Shown piece after piece: positions 1-13,541 of a DNA stretch of 64,000 nt. The DNA comes from Lingula anatina (Eukaryota; Animalia; Brachiopoda): the NCBI GenBank assembly GCA_051362555.1, contig CM120648.1, positions 4,832,587 to 4,896,586 on the forward strand. The letters are read 5' to 3'. A program made the position numbers and the translations under genes. Position 1 is the stretch's first letter; the number at the start of each line of letters is the position of its first letter. The notes beneath the pieces are model-generated. The model searched no databases, was not told the origin of the DNA, and saw only the letters and a program-made list of their open reading frames with translations.

Positions 1-2867
1 AAAGGGCTACAAAAGGTGTTTGAAAATAGTGATCAGTGCTTCACGAATTCGACCGGGTGGTAAATTAACATTGTGAAATTGCGAGGCAGAACAAAAAAAA
101 GTTTTGCGGTAATAAGTTTTAAGTGCAGAACGACCTGTATGAATAGAAAGTAAGATAGTACGCTAGCACAGTGTGAAATGCGCGTGGGATCTTCGTAGGA
201 AAACGCCTACTATACAAAGTACACAACTATTTTCCTTCCATTTTCATCTCACCCCACCAATATTCTACGGAACAAAGTTCGATCTCATCCCCTGTGAGTC
301 AAAATATCGCATTCTTTAATATAAAGATGCACATCCGCCCAGACAGATGAAATTATTCGTTGTGTTTGTGTAGCGATCTGTTTAGATACAGATGTCTTGT
401 TTTATGTGGTCGATAATATTTACGTCGGACGCGCTATCACGCCACTTGTGCTTCTATTATTCAAGCTTTTTGGACGGCACGAGTCCATTTTTGCCATCTT
501 ACCGATCTGCATCTTGCGCGGCACTTCAGAATCGGGAATTAGTTTTCTTTGTGGTTGCCCCGACTGTGTGACGAGATAGACATCTTCCTGTCCATCCTGA
601 CTTACCGGACCGCGAGTCCACTGAATAGAGGGTGGACAATGTTTCGGACGCTGGGGTTGTCTTCTCACCGGTCTCGTGCCGAAATGGTGGTTAATCGCTT
701 GACGGGTGGACGGGTGCCACAGTAAATTGCATATATACCGAGGCCTTCAACTCGGAATGAAAAAAAGCGGAATAGCAGAGGATATGTGTGGGAGAATTTC
801 ATTACATTACAGTTCTCAAAGTGCACAGGTTTCATGTTTATTGTGTTTGAAGAGAGGAAAAATACGTAAAAATAAAATGAATCTGTTGGCATGCCGCGTA
901 GAAAACGCTATGAGGCGTATGTATGAATTTTGTCACCAAATGAATCTTGTTATGCCCGTGATTAATGTAGTTCAGTGTCATTTTTACAATGCAAATCAAT
1001 ACTACATATCATCGCTGTAATTTATTTTCATTTCCATGGAGACAATCTGACAGGCATGACTTTGCATCTTGTACCTCTTGATGTCTCGTGGTCCGCGTCC
1101 TCGTAAACAAAGGGTGGGCGTACATCGGTACCATCTAACTACACAGCTACGCCGCCCATGGCTCGGCGCCTATGTAGATAGGCCCCGTCGTCCCCGCCCT
1201 AAACGTGCCTTCGCCTCTCGTTTCGTTAAGTAGTTCTTGTTAATGATTAACAGCGATACATGTGAAATGTTTTTATTTCTTGCGAGAATCCATGTCTTTG
1301 AGTTCAATTTATGTTATGTTTTATGTTTTCCTGTCCCACGCAAAAAATCACCTTGTTTCATTTTAAATTTAGTACCAATGAATGCACATCTTCTTTCTAA
1401 CATGGTGCTAAATTATACTGCTTGTATTTGTTTTCCTTTTTGCATATTCTCTTTAACCCTTCTCTGTGTATGTTCATTCCAACCAAAATAAATCTTATAA
1501 TTTGAATTATCCATGCGATATTGTTGATCAAATTATCATCTATGCAAATAATCAACGGGACATTCGTACTGCACTCTACTCTTTTTCCATTTAATTAAAA
1601 TTTCCCTATGACTACATGGGATTGTGGGTTGCTGAAATCCACATCTCAATTCAAACCATCCATGTCCGAACTGGGTAATAAGCACCCAGGCTTATAATAC
1701 CAGCAAAGATGGCGCGCTCAGCGGGACAAGACGAACCACTACCCCAATCTTAAAATTCAAATTTTCGAAAAATAAAGTTTCTAAAAAATTAGAATGCCAA
1801 TCACCCGCCAGGGTCATGCCATACCCATCGTGTTAATGGAGCGTGTTTGTATTATCGGTTTGACGAGAGACAAGGCTATCATCCGACCATCGAGTTATCA
1901 CGACGCGTGTCAACCTTGTGTTGACAGATATAGATGCCAGCGGATGAGGGACAGACTGCCAAATATTATCATTGTATAGGACCGATTGAAAGGTACAGGG
2001 TTCTCTGAGCAAGGGGGGGATGTTGATGTTTAAGTCTCTAAAGCAAGAGAAGCGTGTAAGCGTAATGAAACACAGGCGCGCCCAGAAATGCACACCCATT
2101 TGTATGTATGCACATATGAACGCTCCTGAAAACGCTCCAGAATTCGAACACACGCACACGCACAAACACAAACGGATACACGCACGTTTCTTGAAAGGGC
2201 CTAAATGGACTATTCTCCTTGCTTCATAAAGCATTTTTATATACAAGATTTGTACTTTATTGTCTATTGATTATTACTGGGCGCAAGGTGCAAAATGACA
2301 ATTACCATGGCTCAAATAAATTGAACATTTTGTAATCACAACAACGAAAAAAGTGCTTTAAAATTCCCATGATTTTCAAGAAAAAAAAAACGAGACGGTT
2401 GATTCAGTTCGTTTGTACAGCTATTCTTTTTTATTTGTGACTTTTTGTAATCATCGGGAAACATTCTTCTAGTGTCAAATACCCAATTGATCTCCATTAA
2501 AGCTAATAGCACATAAGCTTTTTTTGTTTATTCACGCTACATAATTTTTGACCGAAGTCTCGAGTTTCTTATTTCTAAAACATCGGTCGTCTCACTCAGC
2601 AGCTTTTAACGCGACTAGAGCATGACTGAAATTTCATTGCCTTTGTAGACGTCTTTTTAGCACAATTCGACGTTTTTAATGACAGAGGCTTGAACGTATG
2701 TCTATGATTGCTGCTATCCGCATGAACGGTAGCCAGTGATGTGCGAAAAAGGTTTTTTGGACTTAAGAAACAGACAATTTTATGAAAGCACTCGTATTGT
2801 AGGTCTGCTTGTAAAGGTTGTAAATGTCATATGATGCTGTGTCATGTTCTGCACATTCCGTTCTATT

Positions 2868-3042
2868 CGAGAGAGAGAGAGGGGGGAGACAGAGCCAGAA
2901 AAAAAAGGAGAGAGAGAGAAGGAAGGGAGGAAGGTGAAGAGAGGAATTAAGGGAGGGATGGAGAGAAAAGAGAGAAAAGTAGAGACGGACGCAGTAGGGA
3001 AAGAAATAGGAGAGAAGAGGGGAAAGAGAAAGACAGAAAGAG
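2868..3042. repeat. GA/purine-rich low-complexity tract
   Basis: Almost pure A/G run with (GA)n stretches; explains the spurious K/R/E-rich and L/S/F-rich ORFs at 2763-3176. Confidence 0.85.
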
Positions 3043-6000
3043 ACGCTCTTCTGATGACACCAAAGATATCTGGCGACAGTAAAATCATCCACTACGCAGG
3101 TTGCCTCTTTTATCAGTCATTTCATCAATTAAGAATGCGTGTTTTTGTGGCCAAACAAGCCACATTAACGATCTAAAGAGATGAAGAGAGCGCTGATAAA
3201 GTATATTTTAACATATCAATCCCGGTTGCTTTTCCGGCCCAGGCCGCATTTACGTAAGACTTATGTAGCTCGCCCTAAATCGACCTAAAGACTTTGGGTA
3301 TGTCCACAATTTCTAAAAGTTCTCGCGTTCTGTTAATTTAACCAGGCGGATCCACAGCCCGAAATTAAAATCAATTAAGATTTAGCTTTAAATAGACATA
3401 GGGATATTTGGCTAAATGCATGTAGATTGATAATCATCGATACTGTTCAGCCGGATCGGCTGTGATAAGTATCCACGAGGGGAGGGGAAATTCAGGTCAG
3501 CTGGGGGTTGGGAGGCATAAAATCCCTTCACTTCCACCCCTACCCCCACCCAAACCCACACCCCTCGCCCAATCCATGCACACACACCCTTCCTCTTCAT
3601 AGACAATGTGATATTACGGAGAGTTTATTTCTTTTCAAAGCGGACCTATAATAAGCACTGTAAACTTGCCTCGACTACACGTTCTAAGGCCCCGATGGCT
3701 ATACTACAGTTTCTCTAGTGTAAACGATCCCCTCCATTGAAATACGTTTTAAATTAGTTCTAATCATTCGATCTTTATCGGGAATGTATAGAACTTCATT
3801 CTTTCGTCAAAAACACATTTTATTGTAAATTGTGGGGTAATTTAGACATGTTCAACCGACGGACCAGTCCTTAGAAAAGGATGCGGTGACCTCGTGGAGA
3901 TACTATCTCTTTGATGTAGTAGGAAAGTGGATGGGATCTTTTCGGGTCACGGTCTTCCCCTAGCTTCCGTCAACAACTGCCCCCCTTTTTAAGGCATTCT
4001 ATAGTGAAAGTTTTTTTTTTTTTTATGTCAGGTGGCTCAAATCCGCCGCCAACTCCTAATAGCTTGAGTGTTGCCCACAATAGAGAGAGAGAGGGGGGAG
4101 TTCCGTTTTTGACAGCACATAATTTTTTTAAACATCGGTCATGTTTCATGATTTTGTGTCCGTTCCTTTTTTTATGTAAAGGAAATCGTGAAGCAATCTG
4201 TACGGACCTAAAGTATTTTTAAATCATCGCATAAAAAGCCTTGTCCTGAATTTTTTATGTTTTGTACTGTACTTGTATTACAGAAGTCTATGAGTGTATC
4301 GTTTATTTTCTCCTGCCGATTTTCTGCTACTAAAATAAAAAAAATTCTCTGGTAACAGGGATAATTTTAGTCTCTGAACAAACCTTCCTTTTTAAACTCC
4401 TTATTTCTTTACACAGTTTATTCAAAGGAGGAAGTCAACGGAGAGAATACCTTAAGTGCCAGTCTGAAAAATAGATGTAGATATACGTTGATAATAAATA
4501 AATAAAAAGCAGCCGATTAGCAGTGGCATAGGTAGAACGTTCTTACTATGAAAAGAGCAACTGGTGTCGGTATTAATGGCGGTTACGTCAGCCAGACAAT
4601 GAGTCAAAAATGTCTAACAAGAACATGGGTACTGCCAACCTATTGCGTGTTAAGTACAGTTAGAAAATTACTAAAAGTTACAACCAAAGAAAACACCCAC
4701 TCACATACACATGACCTCTAAGACAGACGCACACCTGATGAAATGCACGTAAAAGGACATTCGATATCACATAATTTGATCGATTTACATATAAATTTTA
4801 AGAAAAGAAGGGAACCGTCTGAACTATTTAGCACATTATTTAAACGCGCAATGCGGGTTCATCCAGCGGCCGTCAACCTTACCAACCTGGCCCTGGAGGT
4901 AGCTGACCCCGTTTGTTTCTGAAAATAATTCTTACCCATTATGAAACAAAGTATAAAAGTATGCTGTACTTGTTTGAAAACTTCCTGAAGTCATATTTTA
5001 ATATCTAAGTATCCAGCAAAGCTGCTCATCTTTTCTAACCATGGTCTTAAAAACGATAAAGTCTCTTAAAGAAAATCACCTGGCGTCGACATTTTTTTCT
5101 GAATTGCATGAGGTTTATGGCGGTCTAGGTAAGTCATGATTCTTTTATAACTAAGTTTGTTTTATTAATCAAATGGCACAAATCATCGAATTCAAGTGCA
5201 GGAACGAGTTGAGCAATGATTCGTGGGTAAAAAATATATATATTTTTTTATTATTATTTCTATATTATTTTCTATATTTTTTTACTCAAGGAAAATTAGT
5301 TGAATGATAACTCAAGCTTAAGAGAATGTGGCCCTAATCTACCTCAATCCAATACACAATATTAAAAATAGAAAGCAAAGAGATGTAATTTTTCATCATG
5401 TTGCTACTTATCTGTGTTGACAATGTGGTTAGCAATAGGTTAACCTGGACATGACACGCGGGGTTTTTCCCACCAATATCAGTTCTCTCGCGACAGCTAC
5501 AGTCACAGGGAAACTATTTCCTCCCAAACCGCGAGACACCGGCCGTGTTCACACTGGATCATTCAGAGCGGGATAGGTGCGAACCAGGCTCGTTCGATCA
5601 CACAGTGCGTGTACATCTCTACGACGAGAATAACAGGCAGTTTCTATCAAAAAGCTGCGTATCATAACAAAAAATGTAGGCACGCCTAAATGGGTTGACA
5701 AATTCGTTTTCATTTCGAGTTGCCCCGAGAAACACTCATCTCCGCACTTGTGAAGTCCTTGACCTTATCTATGGAAATGAGAAACCGTGATGCATAAACG
5801 TAAAATTACATATTTGCTTCTTCCCCCTGCCATTAAATATTTGCTATTAGTGTTAACAGTCATTACTTAATGATTGTATGATGACCAGTTTTATGTCAAT
5901 ACTGTACGCGTTGATACAAAGTAAATGCATTAATTCATGCACATATCAAATGAAGCAGTCCTTGCTATATATTCCGCACACGTATCTTTACGACATTTAC

Positions 6001-6529
6001 ACTTTACGATGGAAAAAAACACGATCGACTGCACGACATCAGACAGAGACGTTTACGGCTTGGGTACAAGTACATAAATTTTCCCAGGTAGGGTTCGAGA
6101 AGGAGTTTAAGACGCGCGTGAGCGCACGATTTCAGAGCGACCGCAGACAAAAGCTACCGTTTGCGGATAAGCCTTCTTGATACGAGGAGCACTGACATTT
6201 GAAAAGAAATCATTCTTATTGAACTCGTAAAAAGACGAGATCTCAGACAGATTTTAAAATGGGGTATTGTTTGTATTGTGAGACTATGAAAAAATAGCTT
6301 GACGTTCTTCGGACTAAACTCTTGCCTGAAGGAAAGATTTTCCTTTTATTCAATCCGTCTTTGAAGCATCGAAAAGCATGGAAATAAAAACCTGAAATTG
6401 ATTTTGATTGTGATTAACTATTACTTCTTGTCGTTAAAACATAAAGGCTATCAGCAAGTACAACTTTCAAAAATCACCAATTACTTTTATATCAAAAACT
6501 CCAATTACCTTCATTGGATCTAAATAAAA

Positions 6530-8160
6530 ACTAGAGGATCAGAGAGGCGATACCGCCTCCGGATATTGTACCACCAGCTGGAGTAAGTGCATTCGGATGG
6601 AAAACCAAAAAAAAAAAAAAAAGGGACACCACTATCAGTCTTGTGCTTGACAAGCTCTATAAAATGCAATAAAACAAGAGTCCTCAAAATGCACAAAGAA
6701 CATAACTGTAAAAATGGTCCAATCAAGTGGTTTTTCCAATTGACCTGTATTTTCCTAATATTGATCACTCCTGTGATTTTCTACACAATAGGCCTGTTAG
6801 TTTTCCTTGAAATGTGTCATCAGTGTTGCATATATGCTGACAAAAGAAAAAAACCTAGAGGCATCACTGGGCATATCTCTCTTAGTTTTGAAGATAAGAG
6901 GGGCAAGAAAATATGCAAAGTTCAGTTCATGATAAAAAAAGTAGATCAAAGGTCAATTTCAAGGTCAGTTTATGACTTCCTATTCAGGTTCAATACTAAC
7001 TATGGATATTTATTTTGCCAATTTTGGAGATATAAAGGCCAGAAAACATGCACAGTACAGTTCATCATAAAAAGTAGGTCCAAGGTCTTCCTATTTAAGT
7101 TCAATAGTAACTATGGGCGTATCTCTGCCAGTTTTCGAGATATAAGGGAAAGAAAATTTCCAAAGTTCAGTTCATGGTAAAAATAAGGTCAAAGGTCAAT
7201 TTCAGGATCACAGTAAGATTGCCAGAATATGACTCCTATTCAAATTCAATAGTAATTATGGCGTATCTTTGCCAGTTTTGGAGATATAAAGATCAGGAAA
7301 CTTGCAAAGGGCAGTTCATCATGAAAAGTAGGTCAAAGGTCAATTTCAAGGTCACAGATAGATTATCAGTATATGACTTCCTATTCAAGTTCAATAGTAA
7401 CTATGGGCATGTCTCTGCTGATTTTGGAGTATTTCACATTTTATTTTCACCACTGAATATTGGATGTTGAACTTTTTGATATAGTACAACGCCTACGCCG
7501 TATCGAAAACAAAAAAACGGAAACAACCTTCAGTGTTGCACTTGACAAGCTCTACAAAATGCAAAAAACAAGAGGTCTCTTGCTTTAACGGTTCCAGAAT
7601 TAGAGAGAGTTTTCAGTTTCAGCATCTACCGGCTGCTATTCCCGTGAAAATGCACGTGCAAACTCACGAAGATGAAAGATAACCCTAGGGCTAACACCTG
7701 CCCATAATAATATTGGTTAAATCTGTGTAGTTTCTGAAAATTGGCAAAAATAAAATATTTTTCACAAAAAATTCTCAATTTTAGAAAATTTTGGCCCGTT
7801 TGACCTTTAAATAAAGGTCAAAGGTCAAATCCAGGGGCATATTTGAAATCTCCACATATGACTTAAGGTCAGCCATCTGTAGAAATTTTTCCCATAATTC
7901 CTTCGGTTTGGGAGATATTTAGCATTGAATTTTCAAAAATTTTGACAAGGGTGCGTTTCAACAAGCGTCACGCCCAGGCCAATGCACCGACTGAGACAAA
8001 AAACCAGGGGGTTCAAGCTGAGATTATATGTGACCTAAATCCAAGAGATGGGGACACAGGTCCTTGCGGTCTAGGAGGAGAAGCGGTAACGGTGACTTGT
8101 ATCCCACGCCATTCTGCGGAGCCGCAGGAGCCGCAGGAGACTAAAACTAATAACTGTATT
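6530..8160. mobile_element. Non-autonomous DNA element with internal tandem core repeats (Helentron/HINE-like architecture; family not certain, ends approximate)
   Basis: About 4 diverged 110-145-bp units at ~6880-7430 (shared ...AGGTCAAAGGTCAATTTCAAGGTC...TTCCTATTCAAGTTCAATAGTAACTATGG...TTTTGGAGATATAA). They are bracketed by a ~50-bp direct repeat (CTTGACAAGCTCTAyAAAATGCAA..AAACAAGAG at ~6645 and ~7541). The element starts ACTAGAG after an A-rich run. No transposase or Rep ORF. Confidence 0.55.
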
Positions 8161-11100
8161 GGAATTTCTTGGAATTTAGAGAAATTTCATGAGATGAGGG
8201 AAATTATTTTAAATACCCCGGTATATGCACAGACTACCTCTACTTGAAGACTTTTTCGTTCAGCTTCTCATGAGACGTGACAGAGCCAGCAAAGAAAATA
8301 GTGGAAACGGCCACAAAATCGAGGTGCCCTTCCATGGCTGTATTCAAAATGTACTTTTTTTCAGTTTATTTATATATTTCTATATCATCACTAGGAGAAA
8401 AAAAATTGATATGCATTATCCGATGAAATTTAGCATGGTCCGCCTAAGATAAGCGGAGAAATTTAAATATCAATGAACAACAGAGGAGAAAAATCATATA
8501 TGACTCAAAATTCATGTGACCAGCACCAGGTGTCCATTGTTATGAAAATAGCTACCAGGAGATTTTTTAAAACACCAAATACCCACAGAGTGAGTCAGCG
8601 GTATTCTGTTTTGAAAATAAAATACTTCGGTTATTATATGACTGTGACTAGTCAGGTTTTCAGTCCCTTTACTCCATTTGACTACTTAAAGAGACAGATC
8701 ATTAGGATGAAGGACAAAATATTATTCAAGATGTATTCCTGAGGGCCCCTGAGGGAGTCAACAACTTCCCATCACACTGCAATTTATAATGTACCGCAAA
8801 TATATCATTTTGTGAGATCATTTTTTCACGTGCGATAACGTCATTTCAACCGTTGAGAGCATTACTTTTTTTGCCACCAGGCATATTTTCTTAGCAAGTG
8901 TATTTTATCTTCATTGTTTACAAAGTGGCTCAGATACCATAAGAATATTAAGCCAAATCACTTTAAAAGAAAATAAATCTAATGTAATACACCATAAACG
9001 TGCTTATGAGCGTCGCTTCATCTTTAAAACAAACCCTTAATGCAGTAAAATTCTTCCAAAATTCAGATTTTAAATATCTACGCAATAAAGGATCTCTTTA
9101 TCGACGAGGTAACATCCAACCTAAGGAACTGTCAACTTCGAGTTAATGCATTGTCATAAAAATGAGCATTAGACAAGGTGTCGTTTATATCATAAATTCA
9201 TATCATATATCGACGAGCTTTACACTACAACTTGTGACATCGCTGTCTAAGTCTGGCAGGCAAATTGGCAATTAATTCTCTACTTGAGCGCAGACTTACC
9301 GCTCATCGTTTGAGCTAATACAAAATCCTAGAGAAATCAAACAGAAATGAAAACAGGCATCTCTAAGGACTGCCCGCACGACTCTGGTTACACTTAATGT
9401 ATTCATTTGGAAATAAAGATACAAGGGAAATGTATAGCCTCGTCTTACGAATGTAGATTCAAGATATTAGGACGGAATAATCTTTCTTTAGAAATCAGAA
9501 TAATGAATTTATCTAAATTCGCCTCGTGGAGGAAACGACTCTTTGTGCGTTAACGGTGGTGTGTGTGGAGCTCCTTAACTTTCATTGCCTTACGGTTTAA
9601 CTTTCGGACTTTCGTTTGGTGTTTTTATACACTCCTTGATTATTCCTTACGTTAATGTTGTGTGTGAAAAGTCTTAACTTCCATAAGCCTTATGTGAGAG
9701 GTAATGGACTCACAACGGAAGTTTCGGTTATTTTTCATCAAAGCTTTTCCCAGCCTCCTCGGAGAGTTAAATACACACTGATATTTCGCATTGAAGCTCT
9801 CCGATCGCGTTGGTTAAATCTCGAGGTATATGGTAGGATACCCCGCCATATCATAGATTTAACACAACCACCTGTTCAGACATTAATTTTAGTGATTTTT
9901 TTCTGGTGGGTGGGGATTAAAGACCAAACTCCAATCCGTGAAAAAAATCAGCCAATAAAGTGGTCCTAATTTCTCTCACGGGACTAACATGTTTATTGGA
10001 ATGTGGAAGTATATATAAAAAAAACAACTCTCTGAACTCTGAATACTCTGAAGTTTCCACACTTTGTCAGCATCACTTTGGGTATATGGGAGGTGGGTGG
10101 GGAGATGGGGTGGCCCCACCCATGCTGATTTATCTCCTACCCCCACCCCACCCCCCACCCCCCATCCCCCGTGATAAGTAACTAGTAAGCTGGTGTGGAG
10201 GCAAGTGCCGAGGCTCAAATCAGAATTCCAATCTTCTTTCTTCTTTTTTTTTTCAAACAAAACTGCTTTTCCTTCGGTTCAACTTGCCCTTGTTAAAGCA
10301 CGCGCTGCCCTTTTCATGCATATATCTTTACGGAACTTGACTGTTTGCCTAGACAGACTGGTCTGAAAATCTTTGTTCTCTCCGTGTCTTTAATGCGTTT
10401 TCTTTTCTGTCGCTGCGGCTTTTGTCTCGCCCAGTCCAGCCTTTTGAGTTGATAATACACGCTTTTTCCGACAGAAGAAATATTGTGTGTTTTATCGTCA
10501 GCTTGCACAACAATCTCTCCTGGCTATTTGAGAAACTGGTATTTTTTCTGTCGCCGAGTCACGTCCTTTAACGGTGTCTCATAGTGTTGACCTGAATCGC
10601 ACCTCTAGAGGCGAGAACATAAAACAAAGGGTCAATGAGAGTTTCGATGACACTGGTTAAAGTATGCAGGAACACCAAAATACTTCATATATGTACCCAG
10701 TAAAAATATCAAATTCATCAAATAATATGATAACGATATAAGGAACCCAAATGTGTGATATTCGCATAAAAACCAGTCAATCTTGATGATTTTGATGAGA
10801 TGATCAACTCACACTGGAGTTTTTAATAGTAAAGCTGTTACACAGGACTTAGGACCGTATGGGGAACGAATTTGGATCCCAATTTCACAAATATGCAAAA
10901 AAAGCGATGCAATATTTTAAGTTATAGTTCATTTAATATTGATGTAGTGATTTGATGTTGACTATCAAATATTGCCAAAGCCCTTACTTTGAACGGGTAA
11001 GAGTGGGTAAGAATCTGTTCTCGCAAACCCGGTGACATGGGCATAAACATCTACATAAATAAATTCCATTTGAGACAGTTTAATGCGTTCATCAGACTGT

Positions 11101-12997
11101 GATTGTTGACTCTTAGTTACCAAGCAAAGCTTTATAGTTTCGTTATCACCCATTTCCTCTTTCTTTTTCTATATGAAATCTATGTTTAGCAGCGGGTCTG
11201 CGATTCAAACTTCTGTAACAAAGTACAAACGCAGGCCCTGTCATCTCGTTCACATCCTTTTTTTGGTTTGATTTCCAGATTTTAAAATTTTAATTTTGTA
11301 CTGTACTGAGAGTGACTGTAAGATACACCTAGCGAAACCATTCACGTGTATCAAAGAGACGATCATCGGCTGCCTTTGATGAACACCAACTCATCATCAA
11401 CGGGTCACTCCCCGGGGAGCAGAACGTGCCTGCCGATGCGGGCGTTCATGGCTGTCTCTCCCAAGTCGTCCGTGGGAGCTAAAAAAGCCGTTTTTGTGTG
11501 TAAATACGCCAAGCGAAGCGGAGCAAAGCAATGGCCTACTGGCAACCTGCCCGCCTTCTCTCTCTCCCCTCTACCAACCAAGTACAATGCCCGCCGTGGC
11601 AGAGTAAATTCGCCTTTATGACATGTCTATAGCAAATACTGTGGAAGCTTCCACTTCTTCTTTAACTTATTGTAACTAGGCGGTAGCATTACCTTAAAGC
11701 ATTTGATAGTAAATGTTAGATGTAAACATTGAACAACTGACGGTTTCAAATTGTGGATATTCTCCTCTCTGTTCCTTAGGTGTCTTCTTGATGATTAATA
11801 CGGGTACAGCGCCGGTGGTCGTTGTACTATAAACAAAATGAAATCAAACCAAAAATGGAACTTTTTTATTATTAAATAGTAGTGTCATTTTCCCGTGCGA
11901 CTTATGCCGGTGGCCGCAATATTATCAGCAAAATAAGACCAAACAAAAATGGGATTTTTTTTAGAATTAAATAGTGGCGGAATTATCCCTTGAAATCCTA
12001 AACCTGATAAATAAGGGTAATTTTTTTACGCATAGAAGCTGTGGAAAGTTTGAACTTAAGTTGTCATTCCTTCCTTCATCGACACGTTCTTTCTGTCTGT
12101 GGATTAAAGCGACACCCAATAATGAAATTAATTGTTTTATCGCTGATGTAACAAATTTGGGTTTTCTATTTCTGGTTTGTATTTTTCTGGTTTATTGTGC
12201 CAATGTTATGTTGGTATCCCCTTAAACAACTGGGGGGGGGGGTCATGTCGTAGATTTCAGATATGTACAAACATTGCAAAAGTCTCTACTGACGTCTCTA
12301 TTATATTTACCATGCCACTAAGTATGGAGGAATACTCAAAACCAAATCAAAAATTTGAAGAATACGCATGCCTTTGGTGTCAATAACATTGTTTTCTAAA
12401 TATTTAGTTTGAAAAGGATCAACCGGTGTTTAAAAACAAAGAAATACTCCCGTCCGTAACTCGTCTATTTTTACCAGAACCATCCAGCGAAGAACGCCGA
12501 GTCGCTGAAAGCTTCCAGCGCAACCCCACCTGGATTTGCACGTGCAGAAACTCATTTGGCAGATTATTGACAACTTTGTTGACAAACACGCGTAAACAAA
12601 AGGTGCAAACACGAGGGGTAATACCGCCACGCGGAGGTGATTAGTACCCCTCTGTAATTATCTGCTTAAAACAGTTCGCACGTGCGCGTGAAAGCATTAA
12701 TGCCAAGAAGCAAAGCTCGCCGCGGCAGTTGGGTTTCTTAATGACGGAGAACCCTGCCTTTGTTGTTTACCTGTTACTAATCCGTCGTCACTTTTGGTCG
12801 ATTTGAGTCGTGAATATTTAGAAGTAATCAGGTAAAAAGGTGAGGATAGAAATCAGGCCAGGGCGACCCACAGGTGGAAGAGCCGTGTGTCCAAATATTT
12901 CAGATATTTAGAAAACAAGTGAACGAGAGAATTGTTCTACTTTTTATTAAGTTTCTTTCTTTGCCATGACATCACCAGGAAATCGTTATGTGAAGAG

Positions 12998-13278
12998 TGT
13001 AGTGATCCGGCATCGGTGTGTGGCTTGTCTTGGCCTCGATCCGAGTCGAGGCTGAGTGTCAGTTTGGGAGAAACTCGATAGCTGTAAGGAGTGGGTTACA
13101 GCGAGGAGCACTGAGAACAAAGGGCGACGCCATTACTGTGAAGCAAGATAGAGATAGAGGTTGGAATCCTGATTTCTAGTGGTTATCTATAGGAAAGGGA
13201 TTTCGTTACTGCTAAGGTAAGCAGATTATTAGTAGAAATATCCGGAGCTAGAGTTGATTAGCGTAAGGGATTTCTATA
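12998..13278 (+). repeat. 5' LTR (281 bp, TGTAG...CTATA)
   Basis: Matches 23345-23625 with no mismatch found by eye; immediately followed by the PBS. Confidence 0.96.
13214..13222 (+). promoter_or_regulatory. Candidate splice donor in LTR (AAG|GTAAGC, GT at 13217-13218)
   Basis: Near-consensus 5' splice site; would pair with the strong acceptor at 20668-20669 before ORF3. Confidence 0.6.
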
Positions 13279-13279
13279 T

Positions 13280-13290
13280 TGGTGGCAGCG
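13280..13290 (+). promoter_or_regulatory. Primer binding site, tRNA-Leu type
   Basis: TGGTGGCAGCG one base after the 5' LTR; complementary to the ...CGCUGCCACCA 3' end of eukaryotic tRNA-Leu. Confidence 0.85.
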
Positions 13291-13541
13291 AAAACAACGA
13301 GCCCACGTTGCTGAATAAAAGTTTAAAAACGAGTAGTTGTTTGTTTTTTCATACAAATAGCTGTTTTTCTAGTTTATTCAGCGGTTTGCTTAGGCAGACG
13401 TTACTGTTTTGTAGAAATTTTGCAAGTAACAATTAAATTGTGGGTGCATTATTTCTAGAGGGGGCTATATTTATATATTTTCAATAAAGATATATTTATA
13501 GTCGTTTGTGTTCTTCATTTTTATATATATTGATATTAAAT

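Noticed and set aside
2763-3176. Overlapping ~100-aa ORFs
   Set aside because: Products of a GA-rich low-complexity tract.
6880-7430. CRISPR-like array
   Set aside because: Whole units are homologous (no unique spacers), the context is eukaryotic and there are no cas genes.
6587-7470. 197-aa and 98-aa ORFs
   Set aside because: Translations of the tandem core repeats of a non-coding element; no recognisable domain.
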